Source: Gammaproteobacteria bacterium
GTDB lineage: Bacteria; Pseudomonadota; Gammaproteobacteria; UBA4575
DNA: 64,000 nt
Assembly: GCA_965221955.1 (NCBI GenBank)
Contig: CBDCTA010000022.1
Coordinates: 64,001 to 128,000 of the forward strand
Reading direction: 5' to 3'
Part shown: positions 40,392 through 51,635 of the stretch, piece after piece
How the letters are laid out: every line of letters begins with the position of its first letter
Numbering within the stretch: position 1 is the stretch's first letter
The notes under the pieces: generated by a model
What the model saw: the letters and a program-made list of their open reading frames with translations, nothing else
What the model was told of the DNA's origin: nothing
The model's database searches: none
Made by a program: the position numbers and the translations under genes

Positions 40392-42203
40392 TTATGTCAG
40401 TGACTCATACATAGACTCGATATCCTCTGCAAAAGTCTTTAGCAGTTGTGGGCGTTTAGTTTTAAGCGTTGGAGTAAGCAGTCCATTTTCTATGCTCCAT
40501 GGTTCTAAGTATAAACTCACACGACGTACTTGTGCATATCCTGGAAATTCGTTTAGGCATTTAGATATACGCTTGATGATGTACTTATGTACGGCAGACT
40601 CTTTCAAACCTTCGCTGTTATTCCTATCTAACTCAAGCTTTTTTGCTAAGTTCTTCCACTCAACTTCACTCAACACTAATAGAGCAGATAAAAAAGGTTT
40701 AGCCTCACCCACAATCATAGCTTGATCAAACAAAGGGTCCGCACAAATAGCGGTTTCCATATCTTGCGGAGATACTTTTTCAGCGTTAGCCAGTACAATG
40801 ATGTCTTTAATACGACCCGTAATATATAAATAGCCTTCATCACTAATAGATACAAGATCACCTGTGTGTAACCAACCCTCTGCATCGATTACTTCATTAG
40901 TAGCTCGTTGATTATTAAAGTAACCTAACATTACGCAGTCGCTTTTAGTACATAACTCACCTTGATCAGTAATTTTAATTTCAATGCCTGGTAGCGGTTT
41001 ACCAATACTGAATGGATCATTATCTTCTTGCCGTCCAACACTAATTGTCGGGCTACTTTCTGTCATGCCATATCCTTGATAAACAGGTATGCCTAAACTG
41101 ATAAAGAATTGTGCAATCGATTTATTTAGTGCGGCACCTCCTGCAATGGCGTAACGAAGCCTTCCGCCTAAACGTTGTTTGATTTTCCCAGCAACTAAGT
41201 AATCAAGCACAGGCCAAAATAATAAACTCCAATGCCAAGTAGCAGCTTTAGTCTGGTATTGAAACCGCCTCCAACCAATCTTTTGTGCTAATTCAAATAT
41301 TTTTTTCTTAATAGGTGATTCTTTTTCTAATGATGCCTGCACTTTTGCATAAATCATTTCATAGATACGCGGGACAGAAATAAAGCTTGTCGGCTTTACT
41401 GCTTGAATATCGTCTGCAAGGGTTTGTATAGAGCGAGCAAAGCATACTTTTGAACCCGCCATCATGGGCAAGTAACAACCTCCCGTGCGTTCCAGGGTGT
41501 GCGACAAAGGCAAAAAAGACAAAAACACATCTTCTATGAAAAACTCACCACATTGCAGTGCAGCGTAAGCATTAGACAGAATATTTTTATGGCTGAGCAT
41601 TACACCTTTGGGTTTTCCAGTTGTACCTGAGGTATACACAATGGTTGCCAGATCATTACTATCGATATCCTCAATTGTAAAATTTGTAGGACTTTCGTTA
41701 GCACCCAACCATTGTCGAAAATTTATTATTTTTTCATTATTTTTATCATAGCTCTCATTTACATCAACATGAATCACGCGTTGCAATGAATCAGAAATAC
41801 TGTGCGCATTAGATAACTCTCGCCATTGATGTTGGTTTTGTAAAAGTAAAATTTTTACCCCAGCATCTTGAACAACATAGGCTACATTTTCAGCACGATC
41901 ATTGGTATACAGAGGTACTGTGACTAAACCACATGCCATAGCGGCAAGATCGAACATAATCCACTCGGGGCAATTACGCAGCATGATCGCTACACGATCA
42001 CCCTTTTTCAGTTGCTCGCATTTTATAGCTTGTTGAATACGTGCAACTTGATCTGCAACATCCCGCCAACTTAGATCACACCATCCTTGCGACTCATCAT
42101 GATAACCATAAGCTATTGCAGTAGAAGAACGAGAAACGCGTTGCAGCAGCAAGCCCGGTAAAGTGTTAGCAAGTTCGGGGGATATGTAATCTGTTTTAGC
42201 CAT
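40392..42203 (-). CDS. Long-chain fatty acid--CoA ligase
   Basis: YTSGTTGKPKGVMLSH, QGYGMTE, WLHTGD, TPTLK.KR. Confidence 0.93.
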   Translation of the reverse strand: MAKTDYISPELANTLPGLLLQRVSRSSTAIAYGYHDESQGWCDLSWRDVADQVARIQQAIKCEQLKKGDRVAIMLRNCPEWIMFDLAAMACGLVTVPLYTNDRAENVAYVVQDAGVKILLLQNQHQWRELSNAHSISDSLQRVIHVDVNESYDKNNEKIINFRQWLGANESPTNFTIEDIDSNDLATIVYTSGTTGKPKGVMLSHKNILSNAYAALQCGEFFIEDVFLSFLPLSHTLERTGGCYLPMMAGSKVCFARSIQTLADDIQAVKPTSFISVPRIYEMIYAKVQASLEKESPIKKKIFELAQKIGWRRFQYQTKAATWHWSLLFWPVLDYLVAGKIKQRLGGRLRYAIAGGAALNKSIAQFFISLGIPVYQGYGMTESSPTISVGRQEDNDPFSIGKPLPGIEIKITDQGELCTKSDCVMLGYFNNQRATNEVIDAEGWLHTGDLVSISDEGYLYITGRIKDIIVLANAEKVSPQDMETAICADPLFDQAMIVGEAKPFLSALLVLSEVEWKNLAKKLELDRNNSEGLKESAVHKYIIKRISKCLNEFPGYAQVRRVSLYLEPWSIENGLLTPTLKTKRPQLLKTFAEDIESMYESLT

Positions 42204-42356
42204 TTTGGTCGTTTGTCATCGCATACCGCTAATAATTTGGGTTAATTAAGCAACAATTACTATGATTAATACCTAATTACCCTTATGGTTGTAGGTTGAA
42301 TTCACACCCTATCGCCCATATATACTAAATAATACCCATAATTGTGGTTTTACAAC

Positions 42357-43418
42357 ATGCCTGAAAACTCCCTAGAAAAATCTACTGAGTTCGCTGTGCC
42401 GTTACATGGCATACCCGAAACAGCTGTCATTCAATCTAATTTACCCGTTTATTCTGCAAAAGAACGTGAAGAAAAAATTGCCAACATAAAGCGATTATTG
42501 AAACGTGAAAATGCAGTATTAGTTGCTCATTATTACACCAACGAAGATTTACAAATGATTGCTGAAGAAACAGGTGGTTATGTTTCTGATTCACTCGAAA
42601 TGGCACGCTTTGGTAATCGTCATCCTGCAACAACTTTAATTGTTGCGGGTGTGCGTTTTATGGGAGAAACCGCAAAAATTTTAAATCCTGAAAAACGCGT
42701 ATTGATGCCAACCCTAGAAGCAACTTGTTCACTTGATTTAGGTTGCCCTGCAAAAGAGTTTGGAGAATTTTGCGATCAGTATCCCGATCACGAAGTAGTG
42801 GTTTACGCAAATACCAGTGCTGAAGTTAAAGCACGTGCAGATTGGGTAGTCACTTCAAGTATTGCATTGAAAGTTGTTTCACACTTAATGGATCAAGGTA
42901 AAAAAATCTTATGGGCACCAGACAAACATCTTGGTCATTACATAGAAAAAGTAACCGGTGCTGATATGGTGTTGTGGCAAGGCGCTTGCGTTGTGCACGA
43001 AGAATTTAAAGCGCGAGGCTTAGGCGAGCTGATTGAAAAACATCCTGATGCCGGAATTCTTGTGCATCCAGAATCACCCGCAGCCGTAATTGAAGTTGCA
43101 GATGTTGTCGGTTCTACCACTGCATTAATCAAAGCAGCAAAAGAACTTCCACATAAAGAATTTATCGTAGCTACCGATAACCGTATTTTCTATAAGATGA
43201 AACAAGAAGCACCAGACAAAACATTCATCGAAGCCCCCACCGCAGGAGAAGGAGCAACCTGTAAAAGTTGTGCACATTGTCCTTGGATGGCCATGAATGG
43301 TTTACATAATCTGGAAGCGGTGCTGGAATCTGGTGAAAACGAAATATTTGTCGATGAAGACATTCGCCAGAAAGCCTTTAGATCAACGAGCCGTATGCTA
43401 GATTTTGTCGCTCATTAA
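42357..43418 (+). CDS. nadA: Quinolinate synthase
   Basis: [40 protein letters not shown]. Confidence 0.97.
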   Translation: MPENSLEKSTEFAVPLHGIPETAVIQSNLPVYSAKEREEKIANIKRLLKRENAVLVAHYYTNEDLQMIAEETGGYVSDSLEMARFGNRHPATTLIVAGVRFMGETAKILNPEKRVLMPTLEATCSLDLGCPAKEFGEFCDQYPDHEVVVYANTSAEVKARADWVVTSSIALKVVSHLMDQGKKILWAPDKHLGHYIEKVTGADMVLWQGACVVHEEFKARGLGELIEKHPDAGILVHPESPAAVIEVADVVGSTTALIKAAKELPHKEFIVATDNRIFYKMKQEAPDKTFIEAPTAGEGATCKSCAHCPWMAMNGLHNLEAVLESGENEIFVDEDIRQKAFRSTSRMLDFVAH

Positions 43419-43578
43419 TTACCTTAAAACTACCCTCTATACCTTATATACCCACGAATAATTGAGTTCGTCGCCCGTTCGTACCTTTTGTGCACTAGAC
43501 CCTAAACATTTAGCCAAAATTCACGCAATATCAGGCACTAATCGCTATTTAGAGCCTTGTGTGCTCAATATAAAATTA

Positions 43579-44775
43579 ATGACTGCTCAAGCAACTGTAG
43601 ATATTCAAAACCCTTTATCCCTTCAGCAATTTATTAAATTGTTGCAGAAGCTTCCGCCTGCGCGCATTGCCGAGTTACCCATAGAAAAACTACCCAATAA
43701 TATTCCTGCGGATATTAGTGAAAAGATCCCGATGGCATCAAGAAGTGCTGTGGATGATCTGATCATGACAGCGAATTCTTTTCATCTTAAGCGTCGTATG
43801 CGTGATCAAGAATCTTATGGCAATCATGTGGTATCCGCTTTAGATAAAGCTAAAACCGCAACAGGATCTGCCAATTTACGTGTATTTAAAAACAAAATTT
43901 TATTATTAGTTGAAATGCTGCAATCTGCACAACGTGGCACTAAGAAAATAGGCAATGACACCTTTGTGAAACACATTACTGCGATTAACAACTTATTAAT
44001 CGATGTACGTAGTGAAACGATAGATTTACATGACAGTTTAAATGTTTTAAGCAAGGCAAAGCCTGTCAATGATGAAGATAAGAAAAGATTTGATACTTCG
44101 ATTCGCACACTGAAAAAAGAAACGCTTTCTGTTGGAAAAATTCTTTCCGAGTATTACATCCTGCGTTTGAAAGTTTTAGCACGTGCTATTCATCAAAAAC
44201 GCAAACTGATCGAAACTCGTGAAGAAACCACCCAGCTTAAACAACAAGAGCTTGAACAACTACAAGCCGATCTTCGTGAAGCGCAAACTTTATGGAAGCG
44301 CACCATGAAGCGCAAAAAAACCAAAGATGAGACCAAAGAGGTTCAACAACGTATTTATGATTTAGTTAACGAAATTAAATCCAGCGAAGTAGTTATTGCT
44401 GAAAGTGATTTGATTTTATGGTTAGACGCAATTGTGGAAGCTAGTTTGAACGAAGATTCTAAACAGCGAGTCACTAAATCATTACGTCAAGCGAGAATTT
44501 CTTTATTCTACTTACTGAATAAATTCTGTGCTTCGCAAGAAGCTTCGGCAATTCAGATTGCTAAAAACCCTTTCATTCAAGTCGACCCTGAAAAAGCGAT
44601 TAAATTTGTATTAATGTCTGAGCAATTCATTTTGAATTACTTCACTAAAAAGAAAAATACCGCTACTGCTTGGTTAAGCGGTGCCGCTGAAAATAAGATC
44701 GCAGAACTCGACCAATTACAAAAAGATATTCTTACTGAGCTAAGAAGAGCTAGTAAGACAATGTTTAAGCTTTGA
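43579..44775 (+). CDS. Hypothetical all-helical/coiled-coil protein (~398 aa)
   Basis: Long ORF with host-like codon use; no recognised motif; likely start ATG 43579. Confidence 0.7.
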   Translation: MTAQATVDIQNPLSLQQFIKLLQKLPPARIAELPIEKLPNNIPADISEKIPMASRSAVDDLIMTANSFHLKRRMRDQESYGNHVVSALDKAKTATGSANLRVFKNKILLLVEMLQSAQRGTKKIGNDTFVKHITAINNLLIDVRSETIDLHDSLNVLSKAKPVNDEDKKRFDTSIRTLKKETLSVGKILSEYYILRLKVLARAIHQKRKLIETREETTQLKQQELEQLQADLREAQTLWKRTMKRKKTKDETKEVQQRIYDLVNEIKSSEVVIAESDLILWLDAIVEASLNEDSKQRVTKSLRQARISLFYLLNKFCASQEASAIQIAKNPFIQVDPEKAIKFVLMSEQFILNYFTKKKNTATAWLSGAAENKIAELDQLQKDILTELRRASKTMFKL

Positions 44776-44857
44776 TTTAAACTTACTCAAATCAAACTAA
44801 TACGGTTTAAGTTCCTTATTTTATAAAGCGAACACATTTAGCCAGTAGTAGACCTAA

Positions 44858-45022
44858 TTACTTATGCTCCTTTGCTAGGAATCTTCTATATGATTCCAGC
44901 AAGGCTAATAACACTCCTAATATAACTATCACAGGAATATAGCTATCTCTTGGATCTAAAAACCAAGCAACTACTAATATTAACTCAATACATAATAGTC
45001 CCAAATTAATTATTGCAAACAA
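44858..45022 (-). CDS. Putative 54-aa two-TM small membrane protein
   Basis: TTG start 7 nt after AAAGGA; MFAIINLGLLCIELILVVAWFLDPRDSYIPVIVILGVLLALLESYRRFLAKEHK. Confidence 0.4.
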   Translation of the reverse strand: MFAIINLGLLCIELILVVAWFLDPRDSYIPVIVILGVLLALLESYRRFLAKEHK

Positions 45023-45119
45023 TTAAGTATCCTTTCTGATGCCGAATTCAGAAAATTATTTCGGACATATTAACCTATAACGATAATTTTATTTTTACTT
45101 TATATGGTGTGCATTGAGG

Positions 45120-45533
45120 TCACTCAGGTAACTCATCACCCTCTTCAGAAAGACTCAGCGTTTCAATTTCATTTGAAGACTCAGAACTTTGTTCAGTCTG
45201 AGCATCAGCTTCAGGTATTTGCTCTTTTTTAATAGCTTCTTCTTCGAGTAATTTCTGATGCTCTTGCGAAATGTATAACAAGGAAATTATGGATACCGCT
45301 GCAATAGCAACAGCGAGAACTTGCGCGATTACCCAAGCTTTGGTTTTCAACTTATGCACAAACCAATAAAACAACCAGCTAAAAAGAATAAAAACTAAGA
45401 TAGTGAACCAATAGGTTGCAACCGTAATGGAGTCAACATTATAGCCACTGTCATCTAGCCGCATGTATAACCACCAACCAATGGTTAGCAGAACAATCGT
45501 GATAACAACGTGCAATATAAAACGTGCTGGCAT
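45120..45533 (-). CDS. Hypothetical membrane protein (3 TM, acidic tail)
   Basis: 137-aa ORF co-oriented directly after ycgL. Confidence 0.65.
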   Translation of the reverse strand: MPARFILHVVITIVLLTIGWWLYMRLDDSGYNVDSITVATYWFTILVFILFSWLFYWFVHKLKTKAWVIAQVLAVAIAAVSIISLLYISQEHQKLLEEEAIKKEQIPEADAQTEQSSESSNEIETLSLSEEGDELPE

Positions 45534-45545
45534 GGTATTTTGAGG

Positions 45546-45791
45546 TTAAATAGGTAGATTATTTTTAGCTGGCATTTGCAAATAATAGCCTTGTTCGCTA
45601 ATGCTATGTATTACTTGTTTGGCATCTGCTAAGGCAAGTTTTCGGCTTTCAGTTAACTCAAATTCGAGTGTAAACTCAGGTATGCCAAATAATAACAATA
45701 ATTGTTGTGGAAGTTTTTCAAAGTCGCCTTTACGATCTAAATAAAGATAGCTATCCGGCTTTTTAGTGCTTTTATATACATAACATTTCAT
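45546..45791 (-). CDS. ycgL: YcgL domain protein
   Basis: C.VYKS.KK...YLY....DF..LP..L...FG, RKLA.AD, GYYLQ.P. Confidence 0.92.
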   Translation of the reverse strand: MKCYVYKSTKKPDSYLYLDRKGDFEKLPQQLLLLFGIPEFTLEFELTESRKLALADAKQVIHSISEQGYYLQMPAKNNLPI

Positions 45792-45958
45792 TTATATATA
45801 AAAACTTAGGTGGCTAACAAAGTCAATATAGGCCATTACCTAGATACTGAACATCCAGGTCATAATTGACATATTTATTGCAGAAAAAGTTTTGATAACT
45901 TAAGCAAGCATAGGGATATGCGAATATGGTATCCATCAGGGATGATGCAACAAATGAA

Positions 45959-45994
45959 GTCATTGCGAGCAGCCATTAGGTTGCGATGCAATCC
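45959..45994. repeat. GTCATTGCGAG...GCAATCC REP-like palindrome
   Basis: GTCATTGCGAGCAGCCATTAGGTTGCGATGCAATCC; pattern recalled from short palindromic intergenic repeats. Confidence 0.4.
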
Positions 45995-46278
45995 AGTATT
46001 CATAAGATACAATGTTGTTTTTTGCTCTCTCTGTTAAGTATTTATTCTTTTTTTGATTTAATTCCTTAGAGAGCAAGGTACTTTTTTGTTTAGCCAATAA
46101 CGAGTACAGGATGTATGAGTAAGAGAATGCATCATGGATGATGCATATAAACTCTAATTTCTTCCCCCAAAAGCATTGCTCTAATAGCACTTAATTCTTC
46201 AAATGCTCGATATCGAGAGAGACCATGCGAATATGAGGTGCTTGGATAGCGCGGACAAATTAAAGTTAGAGTTATCAG

Positions 46279-47007
46279 TTACTCTGTGCTCTCTACGGTT
46301 GGTGTAACTATTGGAGCCTCAAGAATTTTCTTAGGTTTTGTGTATCGAACCACCGATTGTATTTGTTCGAATGTATACTCGTATGAAATCGTTCCACCAC
46401 CTGCTTGCTGTTCAACGGTGATTGAATCCTCAGACGTTTTTACCAAAGTCCCTGCTTGCTTAGTGCCATCGTTAAACGTGACTTCTATATTCGCGCCGAT
46501 TGATGCACTTACATTTTCTATTGGTACATGCACAGCCCGCGGCTTCGCTTGACTAACTTTAACGGTCTCATCTTCTTTGGGCGCTAATGGCTCAATTTCC
46601 TTAGAAGTAAATCGATCTTTATCTGTACTCAATACCGGATCATAATCATCCTCGTCTTCTAACTCGACTTGAGCTGCAGCTTCTTCATTTGGTAACGGCT
46701 CATCGGCAGGTGTAGCCGTAGGGATATTACTTACGATTTCATTGTCACTCAGCATAGGGATCGTTTGCAATGCTCCACCATAAACACCTATTCCTGCCAT
46801 CACAAGACCAACCAAGGACATTGCAAAACCATTACGAGCTTGGCTGTTTGCCCATTTCACAAAACTGTAAACAGGCACAAAAAGCGGTGGCACAATCATT
46901 ACTAATAAGCCCCACACAACACTTTCTTTGAAAGCATCTAGCAGTACCATGATCATACCCACTAAAAGAAGCAGTAACGCAAGAATTAAAACAATTTGAG
47001 CTAACAT
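46279..47007 (-). CDS. Hypothetical membrane protein with soluble C-terminal beta domain
   Basis: Three N-terminal TMs (AFKES..WG), acidic linker, IG..IEV...DG....G.L domain. Confidence 0.7.
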   Translation of the reverse strand: MLAQIVLILALLLLLVGMIMVLLDAFKESVVWGLLVMIVPPLFVPVYSFVKWANSQARNGFAMSLVGLVMAGIGVYGGALQTIPMLSDNEIVSNIPTATPADEPLPNEEAAAQVELEDEDDYDPVLSTDKDRFTSKEIEPLAPKEDETVKVSQAKPRAVHVPIENVSASIGANIEVTFNDGTKQAGTLVKTSEDSITVEQQAGGGTISYEYTFEQIQSVVRYTKPKKILEAPIVTPTVESTE

Positions 47008-47043
47008 CGTATGTACATTTCCCTAAATTGATCGGCGACTATT

Positions 47044-48951
47044 TTAAACCAGATAGCTATTTGCTTGTAATGAGGACTCAAGTTCTTTCAAAACACATTG
47101 TTTAATCTTTTCAGACATATTGTTATGTGAGAGCTTATCCTGCCAAAGCTTACGCATACTATGCGTATTTATATGCAAATAAGATAGTATTTCCGCTACG
47201 GTATCTCCAGGCTCTTTGTCACATATTTGATAAGACCCATCCTCGTTTATCGCTATATTTACCGCGTTTGTATCACCAAACAAATTATGCATATCTCCAA
47301 GAATTTCCTGATAGGCACCTACCAGAAATATACCTAATATATAGTCTTGCCCAGGCGAACATTCATGCAATGATAAATAGGGTTGAATTCCACCATCCTG
47401 TGCATAGTGATCAATGCGCCCATCTGAATCACAGGTTAAATCATAGATACGTGATTTAATTGTTGGTCGTTCGTCAAGCCTATGCAAAGGCATGATTGGG
47501 AATATTTGCTGTAAACCCCAAACATCAGGTGTGGATTGAAACAATGAAAAATTACAAAAATATTTAGCAACTAATTTATCTTCTATAACAAGTCTCTGCT
47601 CTTCGCCCAACCCTCCATCACTATTTAGAAATATTAGATAGCTATAAACAGTAAGCTTTTCTGCTATAGCTTTATCTGTCAACGTTAACTTACCAAAAGA
47701 AAACTCCAACTCGATATTTTCTATCAACTTTTCTAAATTAAGATAGTGCTCACCAAACTGTTTCGGATTTTCACAGTTCTGCAAGCGTACTTTAAGTTCT
47801 TCAACTGTATTAATTAGCGCATTTAAGTTGGCATTAGAAGTTTCTGAGCCTAACAACGTTTCATATTCACTCTCTGAATTTACATGTTGGCCCTCAACAT
47901 CGATTACATCTGTTAATAACACCGCATGATATGCAGTCATCGCGCGACCATTTTCACTGAAGATATCTGGCATTTTTAAGGAATGCTTTTCACAACACTC
48001 TTTAACAGTATTTACAATTACATCAGCATACTCTTGTATTGAGTAGTCCATGGAAAAATATCGATCAGATTTACTACCTTCATAATCCACAGCTAAACCA
48101 CCACCAATATTAAGCTGTTGAAACTCAACTCCATGTTGCAATAACTGTTGAAAATAATGCATTGCCTCTGTCATGCCGGATTGAATATCGCTCAAACATG
48201 GAATTTGCGAACCCATATGAAAATGCAACATTTTCATCCAACTAAGCATGTTTTTTTCTCGTAATGCACTTACTAATTCCAGCACTTCATTTGAGGTCAA
48301 ACCAAATTTTGAATGTTCACCGCCCGTATTTTGCCAATTCCCTTTCGCGATCGATGATAAACGTACTCGCATGCCTAAACGTGCTTGCACTTCTAGTTGT
48401 GCGCAATGCTCTACTACATATTTATATTCAGTCAGACTTTCCAATACAATAATAACTTCATGCCCTAACAAACCACCTAACAACGCCAAGCGAATATATG
48501 ATTCGTCTTTATAGCCATTACAGATAATGGTTTGTGATTTTTGTGCTGTTCCATAACAAGCCATTAATTCAGCTTTACTACCCACCTCAAAGGCTATTGG
48601 CCATTGAGTCTGTTGCTGAAAATGTTGGATAACAGTGGCTTGCTGGTTAACCTTAATCGGATATGCAGCAATATATTTCCCAATGTAACAGTTTGCTTGA
48701 AATGCCTGTTCAAAAGCTGAACTTAAATCATGCAAAGATTGTTGCAAAACCTGTGGAAAACGCACCAGTGTTGGTAAAGATATACCTTGCTGTTTAAGCG
48801 CCTTACTTAAAGCATACAGATCCAACCCAGCACTCGGGATTTTTACGATCACATTACCTTGGTCATTGATATCAAAGTACTCCATCCCCCAGCTATCAAC
48901 ACGATAGTGCTTCTTTGCAGCTTCAATATCCCACAATTTTTGACTACTCAT
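47044..48951 (-). CDS. speA: Biosynthetic arginine decarboxylase
   Basis: YPIKVNQQ, CNGYKD, SKFGL, HFHMGSQI, GGGLAVDY, CDSDG, GAYQEILG. Confidence 0.96.
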   Translation of the reverse strand: MSSQKLWDIEAAKKHYRVDSWGMEYFDINDQGNVIVKIPSAGLDLYALSKALKQQGISLPTLVRFPQVLQQSLHDLSSAFEQAFQANCYIGKYIAAYPIKVNQQATVIQHFQQQTQWPIAFEVGSKAELMACYGTAQKSQTIICNGYKDESYIRLALLGGLLGHEVIIVLESLTEYKYVVEHCAQLEVQARLGMRVRLSSIAKGNWQNTGGEHSKFGLTSNEVLELVSALREKNMLSWMKMLHFHMGSQIPCLSDIQSGMTEAMHYFQQLLQHGVEFQQLNIGGGLAVDYEGSKSDRYFSMDYSIQEYADVIVNTVKECCEKHSLKMPDIFSENGRAMTAYHAVLLTDVIDVEGQHVNSESEYETLLGSETSNANLNALINTVEELKVRLQNCENPKQFGEHYLNLEKLIENIELEFSFGKLTLTDKAIAEKLTVYSYLIFLNSDGGLGEEQRLVIEDKLVAKYFCNFSLFQSTPDVWGLQQIFPIMPLHRLDERPTIKSRIYDLTCDSDGRIDHYAQDGGIQPYLSLHECSPGQDYILGIFLVGAYQEILGDMHNLFGDTNAVNIAINEDGSYQICDKEPGDTVAEILSYLHINTHSMRKLWQDKLSHNNMSEKIKQCVLKELESSLQANSYLV

Positions 48952-49028
48952 TAAGATTAGACTTTTTTGTATATTTTTATTTACAGTACGCGACTGACAA
49001 ACAACTCTGAAATTTCTAGGGCTATAAA

Positions 49029-49889
49029 ATGCAGAATAATAACTGGTTTACTGAAGAATGTAGTGAATGTGGCACAGCATTTTCACTAGAGATCGAGAAA
49101 AAACTGCACGAGGAACAATCTGCATTTCAAAAAATAGAAATTTACGCAACCAAAAATTTTGGCAATCTTATGGTAATAGACGGTTTTGTTATGTTAACGG
49201 AACGTGACAATTTTATATACCACGAGATGCTGTCTCACCCCGCCTTATTCAGTCACCCTCAACCAGCAGATGTGCTCATCGTTGGTGGTGGTGACTGTGG
49301 CACACTTCGCGAAGTGGCTAAACATCAGTGCGTAAAAAATATCACTCAAGTCGAAATTGATCGGCGTGTGACTGAGCTTTCTAAACAATATTTTTCCCAG
49401 CTTTGTGATACAAACTATGATCCTCGTGTGCAATTAGTATTCGATGATGCTATTCAATGGGTAAAAAATGCAGCTGCTAATTCACTCGATTTGATTATTG
49501 TAGATAGCACTGACCCTATTGGCCCTGCAAAAGGCTTATTTTCTACCCCATTTTACAAAGATTGTGTACGTGTACTAAAAGATAACGGCTTGATCGTTCA
49601 ACAAAGTGAATCACCCTTAGTTCATCTTGAGAGTATTATTCAACCGATGCATCAATGCATGCGTACGGCCGGTTTTAATCAAGTGCAATTAATGCATTTC
49701 CCTATCGCCACCTATCCCACAGGTTGGTGGACTGCAACTCTCGCAAGTAAAGAACCCATCATTAACTTTACGCGTGAAGCGGAAGTACGTGAGCTACAAT
49801 TCTCAACTCAGTATTACAATCACGCTATACATCATGCTTGCTTTGCAGCGCCAGAGTTTATTAGGAACAAATTAAGCGCCTCGTTATGA
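49029..49889 (+). CDS. speE: Polyamine aminopropyltransferase (spermidine synthase)
   Basis: YHEML.H, VL.VGGGD.G.LREV, EID, IIVDSTDP. Confidence 0.95.
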   Translation: MQNNNWFTEECSECGTAFSLEIEKKLHEEQSAFQKIEIYATKNFGNLMVIDGFVMLTERDNFIYHEMLSHPALFSHPQPADVLIVGGGDCGTLREVAKHQCVKNITQVEIDRRVTELSKQYFSQLCDTNYDPRVQLVFDDAIQWVKNAAANSLDLIIVDSTDPIGPAKGLFSTPFYKDCVRVLKDNGLIVQQSESPLVHLESIIQPMHQCMRTAGFNQVQLMHFPIATYPTGWWTATLASKEPIINFTREAEVRELQFSTQYYNHAIHHACFAAPEFIRNKLSASL

Positions 49890-49898
49890 GGCGCTTAA
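49872..49898. terminator. Hairpin between convergent speE and amtB
   Basis: TTAAGCGCCTC-GTTAT-GAGGCGCTTAA. Confidence 0.7.
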
Positions 49899-49929
49899 CT
49901 ATTGTCCCTCAAGTATTTAGGAGGAGTAT

Positions 49930-51171
49930 CTACTTAATTACAAACTCTGGATAAGCTTCCATCCCACACTCAGAAAGATCCACCCCATCATATTCGTCCT
50001 CATCACTTACACGGATACCGATAATCATTTTTATAATCATCCATACGATGAAACTTACAACGAATACCCATATAAAGATGGTCGCCGCACCTATTAATTG
50101 ACCAGAGAATGAAGAACCATCATTCGTTACAGGTACAAGTAATAACCCAAACAAACCTACAACACCGTGAACGGATATAGCACCGACCGGATCATCAATT
50201 TTCATTTTGTCTAAACTGATGATACTAAACACAACCAATAGTCCGCCTAGACCACCAAATATAGTTGCCATGAGTGGTGTTGGAGTAGAAGGCTCAGCCG
50301 TGATTGCAACTAGACCTGCTAATGCTCCATTTAATGCCATGGTTAAATCTGCTTTACCAAACATAATTCGCGCAATTATCAGTGCCGCGATCAATCCACC
50401 TGCTGCAGCGGCATTGGTGTTCATAAACACCACTGCGACAGAATTCGCACTTTCAACACTTGCTGTGGCTAAAACCGAACCACCATTAAAACCAAACCAG
50501 CCCAGCCAAAGAATAAAGGTTCCCAAAGTTGCTAACGGTAAGTTCGCACCTGGAATAGCAACAACTTTACCTTCACTGTCATATTTACCTTTACGTGCGC
50601 CGAGCAAAATAACACCTGCTAATGCTGCTGCTGCACCCGCCATATGCACAATTCCCGAACCTGCAAAATCTGAAAATCCGAGGTCACCAAGTGTGTACAT
50701 TCCAAATACTGCTGAGCCGCCCCAAGTCCATGCTCCTTCCATTGGATATATAAATCCTGTCATCACAACAGCAAAAAATAGAAATGCCCAAAGCTTCATA
50801 CGCTCAGCTACTGCGCCCGAAACAATCGACATTGCCGTAGCCACAAATACAACTTGGAAAAAGAAGTCCGCTGATGGTGCATAGGTTGCAGGTTCTTCTG
50901 CACCTGCAACACCATCACCTACTATGCCACTTAAAAACATCGTGAAGTCGCCACCCCCATACATGATGGAATAACCACATACCATATACATGGTGCAAGC
51001 AACTGCATAAAGAGCAATGTTCTTGGTTAAAATTTCTGTTGTGTTTTTGGAACGAACTAAACCTGCTTCTAACATCGCGAAGCCTGCAGCCATCCACATA
51101 ACTAATGCACCACACACTAAAAAATAAAAAGTGTCTAATGCATATTGCAATTCAAATATATTGTTTTCCAC
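49930..51171 (-). CDS. amtB: Ammonium transporter
   Basis: GFAMLEAGLVRSKN, SGAVAER, DFAGSGIVH, WFGFNGGS, DDPVGAISVHG. Confidence 0.96.
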   Translation of the reverse strand: MENNIFELQYALDTFYFLVCGALVMWMAAGFAMLEAGLVRSKNTTEILTKNIALYAVACTMYMVCGYSIMYGGGDFTMFLSGIVGDGVAGAEEPATYAPSADFFFQVVFVATAMSIVSGAVAERMKLWAFLFFAVVMTGFIYPMEGAWTWGGSAVFGMYTLGDLGFSDFAGSGIVHMAGAAAALAGVILLGARKGKYDSEGKVVAIPGANLPLATLGTFILWLGWFGFNGGSVLATASVESANSVAVVFMNTNAAAAGGLIAALIIARIMFGKADLTMALNGALAGLVAITAEPSTPTPLMATIFGGLGGLLVVFSIISLDKMKIDDPVGAISVHGVVGLFGLLLVPVTNDGSSFSGQLIGAATIFIWVFVVSFIVWMIIKMIIGIRVSDEDEYDGVDLSECGMEAYPEFVIK

Positions 51172-51212
51172 AATTCCCTCCTCAGGAATTTAATTTTTTA
51201 TTTCCAAAGTTT

Positions 51213-51563
<351 letters not shown>

Positions 51564-51635
51564 TTATATAATTTTTAATAATTTTCTATGTTCATAACCG
51601 TGCTAAACCAAATAACACGGCTATGCTCAAGTTGT

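Noticed and set aside
45060-45085. attC-like ends (CGTTATAGG; also GGCTAAC near 45811)
   Set aside because: No paired R''/R' boxes or L boxes and no integrase
45960-46190. 76-aa minus-strand ORF
   Set aside because: No RBS or family motif and runs into a REP-like palindrome; probably spurious
50207-50884. 225-aa antisense ORF within amtB, and similar antisense ORFs in asmA, degQ, MATE and typA
   Set aside because: Shadow frames of well-supported genes with no independent motifs
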